Source: Candidatus Hydrogenedentota bacterium | Lineage (GTDB): Bacteria; Hydrogenedentota; Hydrogenedentia; Hydrogenedentales; SLHB01 | Direction of reading: 5' to 3' | Length of the DNA stretch: 64,000 nt | Assembly (NCBI GenBank): GCA_045863335.1 | Contig: BTVY01000001.1 | Location: 104,671-168,670, forward strand | Shown: one piece after another, positions 45,404 through 55,970 of the stretch | Numbering within the stretch: position 1 is the stretch's first letter | Layout of the letters: each line of letters opens with the position of its first letter | Made by a program: the position numbers and the translations under genes | Notes under the pieces: model-generated | What the model was told of the DNA's origin: nothing | Databases searched by the model: none | Seen by the model: the letters and a program-made list of their open reading frames with translations, nothing else

Positions 45404-47065
45404 TCACACGCCCGATGGCACGCCCGCTTCGGACGATACCCGCGAACGCTTGTACGTAAGCGCCGCCCGCACGAACTCCCGGAAGAGGGGCTGGGGCCGC
45501 AGCGGCATGCTGGTGAATTCCGGGTGGAACTGGGCGCCGCAGAACCATGGATGGTCTCGGAGTTCGATAATCTCGACGAGCTCATGGTCGCTCCGGGGAT
45601 GCACGCCGCTGATGACAACGCCGGCTTCCGCCTCAAGGCGCGCCATATACGCGTTGTTGAACTCGTACCGGTGCCGGTGCCGCTCTTCCACGGTGTCTTC
45701 GCCGTAGGCCTCGCGGGCCTTGGTGCCTTCCTTCAAGTCGCACCGGTACGCGCCCAGGCGCATGGTCCCTCCCATGTCGTGGACGCCTCGCTGCTCGGAC
45801 AACAGCGAGATCACAGGGTCCGGTGTTTCCGGGTTGAACTCGGTGGAATTGGCGGTGGCCAGGCCAAGACAGGTGCGCGACATCTCGATTACGGCGATCT
45901 GCATACCAAGACAGATCCCGAAGAAGGGCTTCTTCGACGTGCGAACGTAGTTGACGGCGCGAATTTTGCCTTCGATCCCCCGGGAACCGAAGCCGGGCCC
46001 AATCAACACGCCATCGAACTTGGCGAGTTTGTCCTTGGGCAGGGTGCCGTTCTCGAAGATCTCGGAGTCCACCCATTCCAGTTTTACGCGGCAGTCGTTG
46101 GCCACGCCGGCGTGGACGAAGGCTTCGTTAATGCTCTTGTAAGCGTCGTCGTGGTCGACGTACTTGCCGACCGCGGCGATGCGCACTTCGTCGGCGGGTT
46201 CGGTGATCTTCTGAACAAAGGATGACCACGCCGAGAGATCGGCTTCGGGCGCTTCCATGCCCAAGGTGCGCAGCACGATGTCGTCGAAACGTTGACGTTT
46301 GAAATTCAGCGGGATCGCGTACACGGGCGAAACGTCGGGCGCGCCGATAATCGCGTCTTCGATGACGTTGCAGAACATGGCGATCTTGCGCCGCTGGTCC
46401 GGACCCATTTCGTGGGTGCCCGTCCGGCAGATGATGACCTGGGGCTGGATACCGATGTCGCGCAGGGCGCGCACGCTGTGTTGCGTGGGTTTTGTCTTGA
46501 GTTCGCCCGCGGCCTCGATGAAAGGCAGCAGCGTCACGTGGATGTTGCAGCACGGCTCGGGATAGACGTCGAGGTTGAATTGGCGAATGGCCTCCATGAA
46601 GGGCAAACTCTCGATATCGCCGACGGTCCCCCCCACTTCGATCAGCGCAATGTCGGCTTCGTCTTCCGGTTCCGCGGTGAGCGAGCGAATACGGCGTTTA
46701 ATCTCGTCCGTGATGTGCGGGATGACCTGGACAGTCTTGCCGAGGTATTCGCCGCGACGCTCTTTCTCAATCACCGTATGGTAGATACCGCCGGTAGTCG
46801 CGTTGCTTTTTTGGGAGATTTTGGCGTGGGTGAAGCGCTGATAATGGCCGAGGTCGAGATCGGTTTCGGCGCCGTCGTGGGTGACGAACACCTCGCCGTG
46901 CTCGAAGGGATTCATGGTCCCCGGATCGACGTTGATGTACGGGTCCAGCTTCATCATTGCAATCTTGAGCCCGCGCGCTTCGAGGAGAAGCCCCAGGCTG
47001 GCCGCGGCAATACCCTTGCCGACCGATGAAACGACTCCGCCCGTGATGAAAACATATTTCGGCAT
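45404..47065 (-). CDS. pyrG: CTP synthase
   Basis: FITGGVVSSVGKG, DPYINVDPGTM, GICLGMQ, ERHRHRYE and QFHPE. Confidence 0.98.
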   Translation of the reverse strand: MPKYVFITGGVVSSVGKGIAAASLGLLLEARGLKIAMMKLDPYINVDPGTMNPFEHGEVFVTHDGAETDLDLGHYQRFTHAKISQKSNATTGGIYHTVIEKERRGEYLGKTVQVIPHITDEIKRRIRSLTAEPEDEADIALIEVGGTVGDIESLPFMEAIRQFNLDVYPEPCCNIHVTLLPFIEAAGELKTKPTQHSVRALRDIGIQPQVIICRTGTHEMGPDQRRKIAMFCNVIEDAIIGAPDVSPVYAIPLNFKRQRFDDIVLRTLGMEAPEADLSAWSSFVQKITEPADEVRIAAVGKYVDHDDAYKSINEAFVHAGVANDCRVKLEWVDSEIFENGTLPKDKLAKFDGVLIGPGFGSRGIEGKIRAVNYVRTSKKPFFGICLGMQIAVIEMSRTCLGLATANSTEFNPETPDPVISLLSEQRGVHDMGGTMRLGAYRCDLKEGTKAREAYGEDTVEERHRHRYEFNNAYMARLEAEAGVVISGVHPRSDHELVEIIELRDHPWFCGAQFHPEFTSMPLRPQPLFREFVRAALTYKRSRVSSEAGVPSGV

Positions 47066-47838
47066 TACCCCGCTCCCTCCAGCGCCCCCTCGAGCATAGT
47101 ACGCACCCGTTCCAAATCCTCCGGCGTGTCCACGCCAATACTACGATACGATGTATTCACCACGGCTATTGGATAGCCATGTTCGAGCACCCGCAGTTGC
47201 TCGAGTTTCTCCAGTTGTTCCAACGGCGTTTGAGGCCACCGCGCGTATTCAATCAAAAAGTCGCGCCGGTACACGTACAATCCGATGTGTTGCCAACGGC
47301 ACCCGATGGGTTCCTCACCCGGCCGCGCATCGCGGATGTACGGTATGGAATGGCGCGAGAAGTACAGGGCTCTGCCATTCTTATCGCACACAACTTTCAC
47401 GATGTTGGGGTCCGCGATCTCGGCGCGGTCGGAGATGGCGCGCCGCGCCGTGGACATGGGAACCTCCGGATTGTCGAGCAGGGCCTGGATCGCTTCGTCG
47501 ATGGTATGGGGATCGATAAGCGGCTCATCGCCCTGCACGTTCACGATGATGTCCGCGCGGTGCGTCTCGGCGACTTCGGCGATCCGGTCCGTTCCCGAGG
47601 GATGATCCGCGCGGGTCATTACCACGGGCACCTTCAACGGCTCCAGGGCGGCGCGTACCTTCGCATCGTCCGTGGCCACGACCACTTCCGAGACGAGGGC
47701 GGCTTCACATGTGCGCAGATAGGTGTGGTACACCAGGGGCCTTCCGGCCAGCGGTGCGATGACTTTCCCGGGAAATCGAGTGGAGGCAAACCGGGCGGGA
47801 ATCACTGCGAGCACGCGCTCTTTTCCTGCCTCTGCCAT
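47065..47838 (-). CDS. kdsB: 3-deoxy-manno-octulosonate cytidylyltransferase
   Basis: IPARFASTRFPGK, SGTDR, VNVQGDEP and EKLEQLRVL. Confidence 0.96.
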   Translation of the reverse strand: MAEAGKERVLAVIPARFASTRFPGKVIAPLAGRPLVYHTYLRTCEAALVSEVVVATDDAKVRAALEPLKVPVVMTRADHPSGTDRIAEVAETHRADIIVNVQGDEPLIDPHTIDEAIQALLDNPEVPMSTARRAISDRAEIADPNIVKVVCDKNGRALYFSRHSIPYIRDARPGEEPIGCRWQHIGLYVYRRDFLIEYARWPQTPLEQLEKLEQLRVLEHGYPIAVVNTSYRSIGVDTPEDLERVRTMLEGALEGAG

Positions 47839-48165
47839 GAAAAGTCCTTACCGTGGATGCACCAAAACCACTGCGGATTCAACATACTTCGGTTAGGATT
47901 TGAGGAAGGAGAGTCCCGTTTCCTAACGGGATTGTATGGTATCACAGGCCTCGCCCGTTTTCAACGAAAAATCGGCGGCAAGCACAATTTGTAGAGTTTT
48001 TCGAGGTAATGAGTACCAGATATTTGATTTTCGAACTCTGAAGCACCAAACCGACAACGCAGACGGGGTTAGTGGTTCAACGGTCCAGGACCTCTGGGAA
48101 TGGCCGGACGGATCAGACGGATCGGACGGCTCAATCTCTGGTAGGGCGGGTCGGTCCGCGCAGGG

Positions 48166-49266
48166 CTACATTTTCGCAGCGAGCTTGGATTCCTCGGTGC
48201 CGTGGACTTCTTCGATCTGGTCTTTGTGGATGCGGAGGTTTCGGCCGCCGGCTTCGATGTAGAAGTAGTCGCCTTCGGCCACGACGCGGTCGGCTTCCTG
48301 GATGGCGCCGCTCTTGAAGTGGACCTTGGGTTTTCCGGCGGGAGCGGGAGCGATTGGCTTCACCGTCGCGATGGTCTTCTGGGGCTCGTTCTTGGCGAGG
48401 AGTTTGGGCGTCTCCGCGTGGGGGAGCACTTTCGGATACTGGATGCTATTCCCGTTCCCTGCGTATACCTTCCAACGGTCCAGCACCAGCCGCACGTAGT
48501 TCTGCGTTTCCTTGAAGGGCGGAATGCCATCGTACTTCTTTACGTTCTCGGGCCCCGCGTTGTACCCCGCGAGAGCCAGCGAGACGTTGCCGTGGAACAC
48601 ATCGAGCAACTTCGCAAAGAACTGCGTGCCGCCGGCGATGTTCTCCGCGGGATCGAAGATGTTGCGCACGCCCATGTCTTTCGCGGTGCCGGGCATGAGC
48701 TGCATGAGCCCGCTCGCGCCTTTGCTGGATACCGCGTTCGGGTTGCCCCGGCTTTCCACATGGATCATCGCGTGGACGAGGCTTTCGTCAAGGCCATACT
48801 TGTTGCAGTAGAGCCGCACGAGTTCGTGGATTTGCGAATCCGTGTACCGCATGGGCGGCGTGCGGTAGCGATCCGGGATCACGATGGGATCGAAATCGAT
48901 CTTGATCTCGTTGTAGTCGTCGCGCTTGCGGTACTTGTAGGTGCGGTTCGTGAGCATGGTCGCGCCGCCGTCGTCCGGCTCGAAGGCACCGAAGGAATTC
49001 AAACGGCCCGACATCTTGCGTTGGCGAAGCAACTCATTCTTGAGTTCCGCTTGACGGCGGGCGCGATCCAGTTGTTCGCGACGATTCTCCATGGATGGTG
49101 ACGCACCGGGGGACTTGATGATGGCGGTTCGATTGGCGGGCGCGCCTTGCGCCGCGGCAAGTGGAATGGTCATCGCGTAGATGCAGACGCAGAGGGACAC
49201 TTTCAGGAGTATCCGTGCCGAACGAGAGGATCCCGCTCCCCGCGATGAAGTTGCGCGCTTCACCAT
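48166..49266 (-). CDS. Lytic transglycosylase (SLT domain)
   Basis: HVESRGNPNAVSSKGASGLMQLMP, AGYNAGP and PPFKETQNYV. Promoter TTGTCA-17-TATACT ends 6 nt before the ATG. Confidence 0.92.
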   Translation of the reverse strand: MVKRATSSRGAGSSRSARILLKVSLCVCIYAMTIPLAAAQGAPANRTAIIKSPGASPSMENRREQLDRARRQAELKNELLRQRKMSGRLNSFGAFEPDDGGATMLTNRTYKYRKRDDYNEIKIDFDPIVIPDRYRTPPMRYTDSQIHELVRLYCNKYGLDESLVHAMIHVESRGNPNAVSSKGASGLMQLMPGTAKDMGVRNIFDPAENIAGGTQFFAKLLDVFHGNVSLALAGYNAGPENVKKYDGIPPFKETQNYVRLVLDRWKVYAGNGNSIQYPKVLPHAETPKLLAKNEPQKTIATVKPIAPAPAGKPKVHFKSGAIQEADRVVAEGDYFYIEAGGRNLRIHKDQIEEVHGTEESKLAAKM

Positions 49267-49367
49267 GTCAAGAGTATACCCCACTCCCTGCAATCTGACA
49301 AGCACTTCCCGCCGATGCCGCAGCCCGCGTACCGACAGAAACGTAGAGTACATCCTGTACCACCCTC

Positions 49368-49407
49368 TTGACAAGTCTCAAAAATTGTATTAAAGTATGC
49401 ATACAAT
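49368..49407 (+). promoter_or_regulatory. Promoter and YtrA-type operator
   Basis: TTGACA (49368-49373), 17 nt, TAAAGT. Inverted repeat ATTGTAT-N10-ATACAAT (49384-49407). Confidence 0.8.
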
Positions 49408-49429
49408 CTCCAAACGGAGGGTTTGCAGT

Positions 49430-49849
49430 ATGCGGCTTCATCTCTCTCCCAAAAACGGGGTCCCCCTCTACCTCCAGATCGTCAGCCAAATCAAGTATCT
49501 CGTCGCCTCCGGCCGGCTGACGGCGGGCGACGAAATCCCCCCCATCCGGGTGCTGGCGGAACAACTACTGGTCAATCCCAACACCGTGGCGCGGGCCTAC
49601 CGGGAACTGGAAATCGCGGGGGTGCTCACTAAACGTCAGGGCGCGGGCACCTATGTCTCCGACGCGGGGACGCCCCTGGCCTGGGCAGAGCGGCAGAAGA
49701 TTCTACGAGAACGTGTGGCGGCGCTCGTCACCGAGGCGCACCAGCTTGACGTTCCCGTCGACGTGGTCTTTGAGATGATTCGAGAGCAAGACGCGGAACT
49801 CGCCGTACGCGAGGCGCGAGTGAGTGGGGAGGATGAATCCGATGAGTAA
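49430..49849 (+). CDS. GntR-family (YtrA subfamily) repressor
   Basis: PLYLQIVSQIK, PPIRVLAEQLLVNPNTVARAYRELE, GAGTYV and a short C-terminus. GGAGG RBS. Confidence 0.94.
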   Translation: MRLHLSPKNGVPLYLQIVSQIKYLVASGRLTAGDEIPPIRVLAEQLLVNPNTVARAYRELEIAGVLTKRQGAGTYVSDAGTPLAWAERQKILRERVAALVTEAHQLDVPVDVVFEMIREQDAELAVREARVSGEDESDE

Positions 49850-50753
49850 TGCAGCGAATCCTATGACGGAAACGGTCGCGGAGGTGACCCATCTGACGAA
49901 GCACTTCGGGAAGACGGCGGCCTTGCAGGACGTGTCGCTGGCGATCCCGCGGGGGGGCGTGTTCGGACTGGTGGGCGAGAACGGCGCGGGCAAGACGACG
50001 CTAATCAAACATCTGCTGGGCCTGCTGAAACCCGAGAGCGGCGTGGTCCGCGTGTTCGAGAAAGACCCGGTGCGTCAGCCGGAAGAGGTGTTGGCGCAGA
50101 TCGGCTACTTGTCCGAAGACCACGACCTGCCGCACTGGATGCGCATCCACGAGCTGATGCGGTACACGAAGTCCTTCTATCCCAAGTGGGACGACGCCTA
50201 TGCGAAGGAATTGCTGGAGACCTTCGGGCTCGACCCCTATGCGAAAGTAAAGAATTTGTCCCGCGGCCAGCGCGCCCAGGCAGGGCTCCTCACCGCCCTG
50301 GCCCATCGACCTCCACTCCTCTTGCTCGATGAACCGTCGTCGGGGCTGGACGCGGTGGTGCGGCGGGACATATTAGGCGCCATCATCCGCACGGTGGCCG
50401 AGGAGGGGCGCACGGTGCTGTTCTCGTCGCACCTGCTGGATGAAGTGGAGCGCGTGGCAGACCGTATCGCCATGATCAGCCGGAGCCGGGTGGTGCTGTG
50501 CGATTCGATGGAACACATCAAGGCAACGCACCACGCGATCACGCTCCACTTCGACGAGCCGGTCGTCCAGGCGCCGCAACTCGCGGGCGCGCTCTCCGTG
50601 GACGGCAGCGGCAAGGAGTGGACGGCAGTGTGCAACGGCCGGCTCGAAGACCTGCGCGCGTCGGTGGCCGAACTCAATGCGAAAATCGTCGGCGAAGCGA
50701 CGCCCAGTCTCGAAGACATCTTCGTGGCCCGCGCCGGCCGGAGGGCGGTGTAA
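49842..50753 (+). CDS. ABC transporter ATP-binding subunit (YtrB-like)
   Basis: GENGAGKTT, LSRGQ, LLLDEP, SSH and SLEDIF. Confidence 0.95.
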   Translation: MSNAANPMTETVAEVTHLTKHFGKTAALQDVSLAIPRGGVFGLVGENGAGKTTLIKHLLGLLKPESGVVRVFEKDPVRQPEEVLAQIGYLSEDHDLPHWMRIHELMRYTKSFYPKWDDAYAKELLETFGLDPYAKVKNLSRGQRAQAGLLTALAHRPPLLLLDEPSSGLDAVVRRDILGAIIRTVAEEGRTVLFSSHLLDEVERVADRIAMISRSRVVLCDSMEHIKATHHAITLHFDEPVVQAPQLAGALSVDGSGKEWTAVCNGRLEDLRASVAELNAKIVGEATPSLEDIFVARAGRRAV

Positions 50754-52369
50754 TGGGTATGAAGCTACCGAGAGGGCCCGCGATCCGGGCGCTGTTGTGG
50801 GAGGACTGGCGGCGCAGCCGGGTGGCGTTTCTGGTCGCGTTGGCCTTGGGGCTGCTCTTTGTGCTGACGAACTCGACTATGCGTTGGGCCTCGGGAGGCG
50901 TTTCCAGTGTTAATGTACCGCCACTTGTGATTTTGCCCGTCTTCTTGTTCGGAATGACCTCTTTGTTTTCCCTGGGTGACTTCCGTGAACTCAGCACGAG
51001 GATCCCCGCACGACATCGTACGCTGCCAGTTCATCCGATTGTTGTCGCCACGTTGCATCTTGGATTCCGGGTGGCTGCGATCGGTTTGCTTTCCGTCGTG
51101 CTCGTTGCCAGCGGCCATTGGTTTTCTGAACCCGACCGGATTGAAGACTATCTCGTAGTCGTCGGAATCGCGGTGTCGTTTGTCTTGCTGATGCAGTGCC
51201 TGGCTTGGTCGGTTGGTAATTTCGGAGTCGTGCCATTTCTGGTATCGCTCGTGGTGTTTTTGGCAGGGCTTATTGCGTACGGCGGGCAGATATCGGCGTT
51301 GATCACGTACATCGCCACAGAGTACTCCCCGCTAATGCATGTGGCGCTTTGGGCAGCGCTGCAGTTGTTCCTGGCAGGGGTTGCCATTGGCGCATCGTTG
51401 CTGACCCGGTTTCGGCAGTCCGATCTAGCATTATCGTTGGCGATACCCCGGTTGGCCATCCTGCGAAAGCCACTTGGAGTATCCAGTGCGCTACGCGAGC
51501 AGACGCGGTATGAGTGGGTCCGAGGCGGAGCCCTACTACCGTTGCTCACACTGGGGTTCACAACCTTTGCCGTCGCAGCAACAGGTATCGTGGTTAAGGT
51601 AAACGGAGAACCGGGAGGTCTCCTAACCCTCGTGAAAGTTCTGACATTCTGCCCATTATGCGTTTCTCCCGCTATGGCCGTTATTGCCGGCCTGCGTGTT
51701 TTGCTCGATGACCGTTTGACTGCCCAGTCCGGACTGGGTGCATACGTATACAGTCATCCATTATCTACCCAAGATTTTGCACTCTCGCGATTACGAATGA
51801 GCTTCCGCAGCGTCATGGCGAACCAAGTGATATGCTGGTGCCTCTTTGTCAGCGGACTGGTCGCTATTATGGCTATTGAGTCCACACTACCCGGAATAAT
51901 CGGGAGATTGACTTCAAGCGCATTGGCTCATCTATTTTTCTTCGCGCTCGGCCACACGTTGCTTGTGTGGTCGATGTTTTGGCTTGGCATTCCAGCCATC
52001 GCCCAATTGTTTTGGTGTGTGATCGTTATCAGTTCGTTCGCAAGTTTTGGCATGTACGATTCACCTTACGTGGCGACGCTCAACGTCGTGCCTCCAAGTA
52101 TTCTTCTTACAGTGTGGGCTCTCTATATTGTAAAGCGAACAGCACTGCTTAAGATCCTAGATCGCAGGATGATTCTGGGGGCGGCATTTGCAGTCGTAAC
52201 CGCCCTGCTATTGGCTTTGTGGCCGGGACGGGAGTATTTGAGCGAACTTGTTTCCGGATCTGTTGCTCCACAGTTGACCATCCTCGCTGGCCTCGTGGCG
52301 CTGGCCTTATGCCCAGCGATTCCGATACTTGCACAGCCGTTGTTGGTGCACCGGTTGCGGCACCGGTAA
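50753..52369 (+). CDS. Putative double-length ABC permease, paralog 1
   Basis: TAATG coupling with the ATPase gene, many TM helices, ALLWEDWRR start and PILAQPLLVHRLRHR end. Confidence 0.8.
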   Translation: MGMKLPRGPAIRALLWEDWRRSRVAFLVALALGLLFVLTNSTMRWASGGVSSVNVPPLVILPVFLFGMTSLFSLGDFRELSTRIPARHRTLPVHPIVVATLHLGFRVAAIGLLSVVLVASGHWFSEPDRIEDYLVVVGIAVSFVLLMQCLAWSVGNFGVVPFLVSLVVFLAGLIAYGGQISALITYIATEYSPLMHVALWAALQLFLAGVAIGASLLTRFRQSDLALSLAIPRLAILRKPLGVSSALREQTRYEWVRGGALLPLLTLGFTTFAVAATGIVVKVNGEPGGLLTLVKVLTFCPLCVSPAMAVIAGLRVLLDDRLTAQSGLGAYVYSHPLSTQDFALSRLRMSFRSVMANQVICWCLFVSGLVAIMAIESTLPGIIGRLTSSALAHLFFFALGHTLLVWSMFWLGIPAIAQLFWCVIVISSFASFGMYDSPYVATLNVVPPSILLTVWALYIVKRTALLKILDRRMILGAAFAVVTALLLALWPGREYLSELVSGSVAPQLTILAGLVALALCPAIPILAQPLLVHRLRHR

Positions 52370-52383
52370 GAGGAGACTCTGGT

Positions 52384-54024
52384 ATGTCTACCATGTTCGA
52401 TCGTCTCCGAGGGCCTGTTGGCGCGCTGTTGTGGGAAGACTGGCGGCGCAGCCGGGTGGCGTTTCTGGTGATACTGGCAATAGGACTCGGACTTTCCCTC
52501 ACGGGATTTGTGGTGACTTCGTACCTGAAGTTCAAGGGGGTTTACACCAGCGGCCCAGACGAGGAAGTCTACGAACTGGCGGTGTGGCCGGTGTTCTTCT
52601 TTGCGCTGGTGCTCGTGTTCTCGTTGTCGGACCCGAAAGACCTTACGCCACGGATTCCTGCGAGGCACTATACATTGCCCCTGTCGCCGCGCAAGGTGGC
52701 GCTCGTCCACCTGCTGTTTCGTCTCGTGTCGATGGGCGTGCTAATGGCGTTGCTATCGTGCCTGGTCCAACTGGCAATGCTTTCCTTCACACCCGTGCAC
52801 GTATTCGGGGCAGCGGCGGGCGCGATGGCGGGGTTCCTGGTCGGCCAGTGTTTGGCGTGGACCGTCGGGAACTTCGGGGGTTGGCCATTCTTGGCGTCGC
52901 TTGTCGCGTTACCCATCGTGCTGAACGTCGCCCAGGTAGGGAGCCGGTTACAACGAGTGCTGGAGACGGCGGAGTCGTACGGGGTTCCGGCGGTGGTGTC
53001 GGCGTCGATTCTGTTGCTAGGAATCGGATGGATCGCCATCGAAGGCGCGCGATGGGGCCGGAGCGTGGGCACGTCGTCGTTGCGGTTCGATACCCTGGGC
53101 ACGAAGTCGCCGTTCTTTCTTCGCGCAAAAGACATGAGCCCCCTCGCGGCGCAGATAGCGTACGAGTGGCAACGCAAGGGGCGGATGCTTCCGGCATTGA
53201 CGATTGGGTTCATCGCGTTGGGCACGTTCTTCTATGTTGTATTCGCGGACATGAGCGTGCCTCGAAACAAGTTCGGCGCTCTTGGATTGGCGATGATCCT
53301 GTTTCCCGTCTATTCGGCGCCGATTGCGGCGATCATAGCCGGTGTACTCGCATTTCTCGACGACTACCGGCAGCGGATTTCCGGCGTTGGGACCTTTCTG
53401 TATACGCGCGCGGCGGATAGCGGCCTACATTCGCGGGCCCGGCTCATCATGAGTTTGAAGTCGGTTGGCATCACCCTCGGTTTGTGTCTGATCGTCACGG
53501 GCATCGGGGCGCTCATCATGGCGGCCGTCCGACCGGAATCGCTGAGACAACTCCAAGGCGAGTTCGCGCCGTACTCGATCTGGGGAATCGCCATGATGCT
53601 CGCCGGCTATATCCTGATGGTGTGGACGCTGTATTGGATGGCCATCCCCGGGGCGATTCTTTGGTTCTGGATTGTCCTCGTGACGATTGTATTTGGCGTG
53701 GTCGACGCTGTTCACCATCCGTTCTTCGAATTCATGATGATTTGGCCTCCAAGTCTGGCGATGATTGCGGCGACGGTCTTCGTGCTGTGGCGAAGCGTGC
53801 GGAACAGGATGTTATTCCTATGGACGGCTGCGTTCGCGCTATTCACGGCAATCTCAGTATGGTGCGTCGTTTCGTGGTTGGGCATCGCCGGATCCGCGTG
53901 GAGCTCCACGATCTCGCACTTCGGTCTGCTAACGGTGATCGCAGCCGTGTTCGCGCTGTCGCTCTGTCCGGCGTTTCCAATCCTTGCGCAACCGCTGTTG
54001 GTCGAACGGCTGCGGCGTAGCTAA
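52384..54024 (+). CDS. Putative double-length ABC permease, paralog 2
   Basis: GAGGAG RBS; ALLWEDWRR, RIPARH, YEWQRKG, FLYTR and PILAQPLLVERLRR. Confidence 0.8.
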   Translation: MSTMFDRLRGPVGALLWEDWRRSRVAFLVILAIGLGLSLTGFVVTSYLKFKGVYTSGPDEEVYELAVWPVFFFALVLVFSLSDPKDLTPRIPARHYTLPLSPRKVALVHLLFRLVSMGVLMALLSCLVQLAMLSFTPVHVFGAAAGAMAGFLVGQCLAWTVGNFGGWPFLASLVALPIVLNVAQVGSRLQRVLETAESYGVPAVVSASILLLGIGWIAIEGARWGRSVGTSSLRFDTLGTKSPFFLRAKDMSPLAAQIAYEWQRKGRMLPALTIGFIALGTFFYVVFADMSVPRNKFGALGLAMILFPVYSAPIAAIIAGVLAFLDDYRQRISGVGTFLYTRAADSGLHSRARLIMSLKSVGITLGLCLIVTGIGALIMAAVRPESLRQLQGEFAPYSIWGIAMMLAGYILMVWTLYWMAIPGAILWFWIVLVTIVFGVVDAVHHPFFEFMMIWPPSLAMIAATVFVLWRSVRNRMLFLWTAAFALFTAISVWCVVSWLGIAGSAWSSTISHFGLLTVIAAVFALSLCPAFPILAQPLLVERLRRS

Positions 54025-54070
54025 GGCGGCATTCTGGAGGTGGCCATAACACAATTTGAAAGGTATCCGC

Positions 54071-54151
54071 CGGATGTAGCGCAGGCGTCCTCGCCTGCAA
54101 ACCGGGCTGATCGTTTCGCGATTGCAGGCGAGGACGCCTGCGCTACATCCG
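54071..54151. repeat. GTAG-family REP doublet (perfect 30-bp inverted repeat)
   Basis: CGGATGTAGCGCAGGCGTCCTCGCCTGCAA (54071-54100) and its reverse complement at 54122-54151. Confidence 0.9.
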
Positions 54152-54207
54152 ATGTGACTGGGAGGTACCCCTTTTGAAACGCGCTGTAAGACCGAGGAGG
54201 AAATTCC

Positions 54208-55845
54208 ATGCGTTCGTATAAGACTCGCGCCTTAGGTCCCATTGGCGCGCTGCTGTGGGAAAACTGGCGGTTGACGTACCTGGCCTTCTTCGTCGCGCTG
54301 GCGCTGGGCGCGGGGGTGACGCACTCGATCGCGGAGATGCACCGGTTGGGCACGACGTCCTGGGGCGACCCGGACCTTCCCTCGTATGCCATCTGCTGGT
54401 TTGCGCTGTTTCTATACGGCGCCATTGCGATGTACGCCCTGGCCGACCCGAAGGCGCTGTCGCAGCGCATCCCGGCGCGCCAGTTTTGCCTGCCCATCCG
54501 GACAGGGTCGGTTGTGGCGATTCATTTGCTGTATCGTTTGTTGAGCTTCATGCTCCTGGCGGTCGCGCTCTTTGCACTGATGCGCGTTGAGTTTGGCGAC
54601 CTAGTGCAACGTTCCTTGCTGCTCGACGTATCGATAGCTGCGGCCATCTTCAGTTACGTGCTCGCAGTGGCGTGGTCCTGGGGATCGGCCCGGCGTTGGA
54701 TCTGCGCGGCAATCGCACTATTCGCGCCGCTTGTCGTAGTCGCACTGAGTCTCCCAATGGCGGATGGGCGAAGGGCTGTGTGGACCAGGATAGGTCTAAC
54801 GCTCGATACGACGGGCATTGCAGTCGGACTTCTTCTAGCAGCCGGCCTGCACGTGGCCATCGCGTATTGCGTGGGGCTGCGGTCTCGCCTGGGAACCGAA
54901 CCTGGCAGTGACCAAACGAGCTTCGGGTCCCGCTTGTTTGGCAGTGGGCCACGAATCACCAGTTCCGGTCAGCAGGCCCAATTCTGGTACGAGTGGCGCC
55001 GGAAGGGATGGGTGCTGCCCGCGTTGTCGATGAGCTTCACCGCGGCGTACGTGTTGTTCATGTGGATCTTCGACGGAGGATCGTGGGCACAAGTACGGGA
55101 AGCGATGATCGGCGCGCCGTGGATCGCTTCGTTGTTTGCTGCGTTCTTCACGGGTCTTTACATGCTTTCGGTGGACTATCGTCACGCGTCGTCCGGATTG
55201 TCGACGTTCCTGTATACGCGGCCCCTGTCAACGGACGCCTACTCCCGCGCACGGCTGCGAATGAGTGTGCAGAGCGTGCTGCTGTGCTTGTGCCTGTGCG
55301 TGGCACTTTGCCTGGCGGGAGTCCTCCTGGGGTACGGGGACGCGCACGGCAACGCGCTGAGTGGCGGGGATGAGGTCGTGCGGGTTGCCTTCTTGTTTTG
55401 CCTGGTCGTGGCTTACGGGCTTCTGCTCTGGTCCCTCCTATGGATGAGCGTACCGGTTTTGCTCTATCTGTTTTGGCTCGGGAGTTACTTCTATTACCAG
55501 TCGTTGGCGAACACGGAATTCGAATCCATCCACGAGCACGTCCACATGTTCTGGCTCATTTGGATTCCGGCGGTCGCACTGGTGGCCGCGACCGCGATCG
55601 TGTGGCGGCTTCCCACCATGTGGCGGTCCTTGTCGGATGCCATCGTGGCACGCGCACGGAACCTGATGATCCTCGCATTTGCCGTCATGGTGTCGACCGT
55701 CTTTATTTCCGAGGAAGTCGATCCGTTCGGGCCGGATTCGTTTGAGGCGTTCTCTGCTCTGCTCGCGATCGTCGGATTGAGCACCTTGCCGGCGCTCTCG
55801 ATCCTCTCGCAACCGCTACTGCTGAATCGCTTGCGGAGACGGTAG
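54208..55845 (+). CDS. Putative double-length ABC permease, paralog 3
   Basis: GAGGAGG RBS; ALLWENWR, RIPARQ, YEWRRKG, FLYTRPLS and ILSQPLLLNRLRRR. Confidence 0.8.
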   Translation: MRSYKTRALGPIGALLWENWRLTYLAFFVALALGAGVTHSIAEMHRLGTTSWGDPDLPSYAICWFALFLYGAIAMYALADPKALSQRIPARQFCLPIRTGSVVAIHLLYRLLSFMLLAVALFALMRVEFGDLVQRSLLLDVSIAAAIFSYVLAVAWSWGSARRWICAAIALFAPLVVVALSLPMADGRRAVWTRIGLTLDTTGIAVGLLLAAGLHVAIAYCVGLRSRLGTEPGSDQTSFGSRLFGSGPRITSSGQQAQFWYEWRRKGWVLPALSMSFTAAYVLFMWIFDGGSWAQVREAMIGAPWIASLFAAFFTGLYMLSVDYRHASSGLSTFLYTRPLSTDAYSRARLRMSVQSVLLCLCLCVALCLAGVLLGYGDAHGNALSGGDEVVRVAFLFCLVVAYGLLLWSLLWMSVPVLLYLFWLGSYFYYQSLANTEFESIHEHVHMFWLIWIPAVALVAATAIVWRLPTMWRSLSDAIVARARNLMILAFAVMVSTVFISEEVDPFGPDSFEAFSALLAIVGLSTLPALSILSQPLLLNRLRRR

Positions 55846-55970
55846 GAGCGATTGCGGATTGCGAATTGGAAGACACGGACATACACGGACACACACGGAC
55901 GTAACCGCGCATAAGGTTCGGCGTCTTCTTGGCGCGGGACTGCAGGTCAGATGGCTGGGGGAGGTGAACC

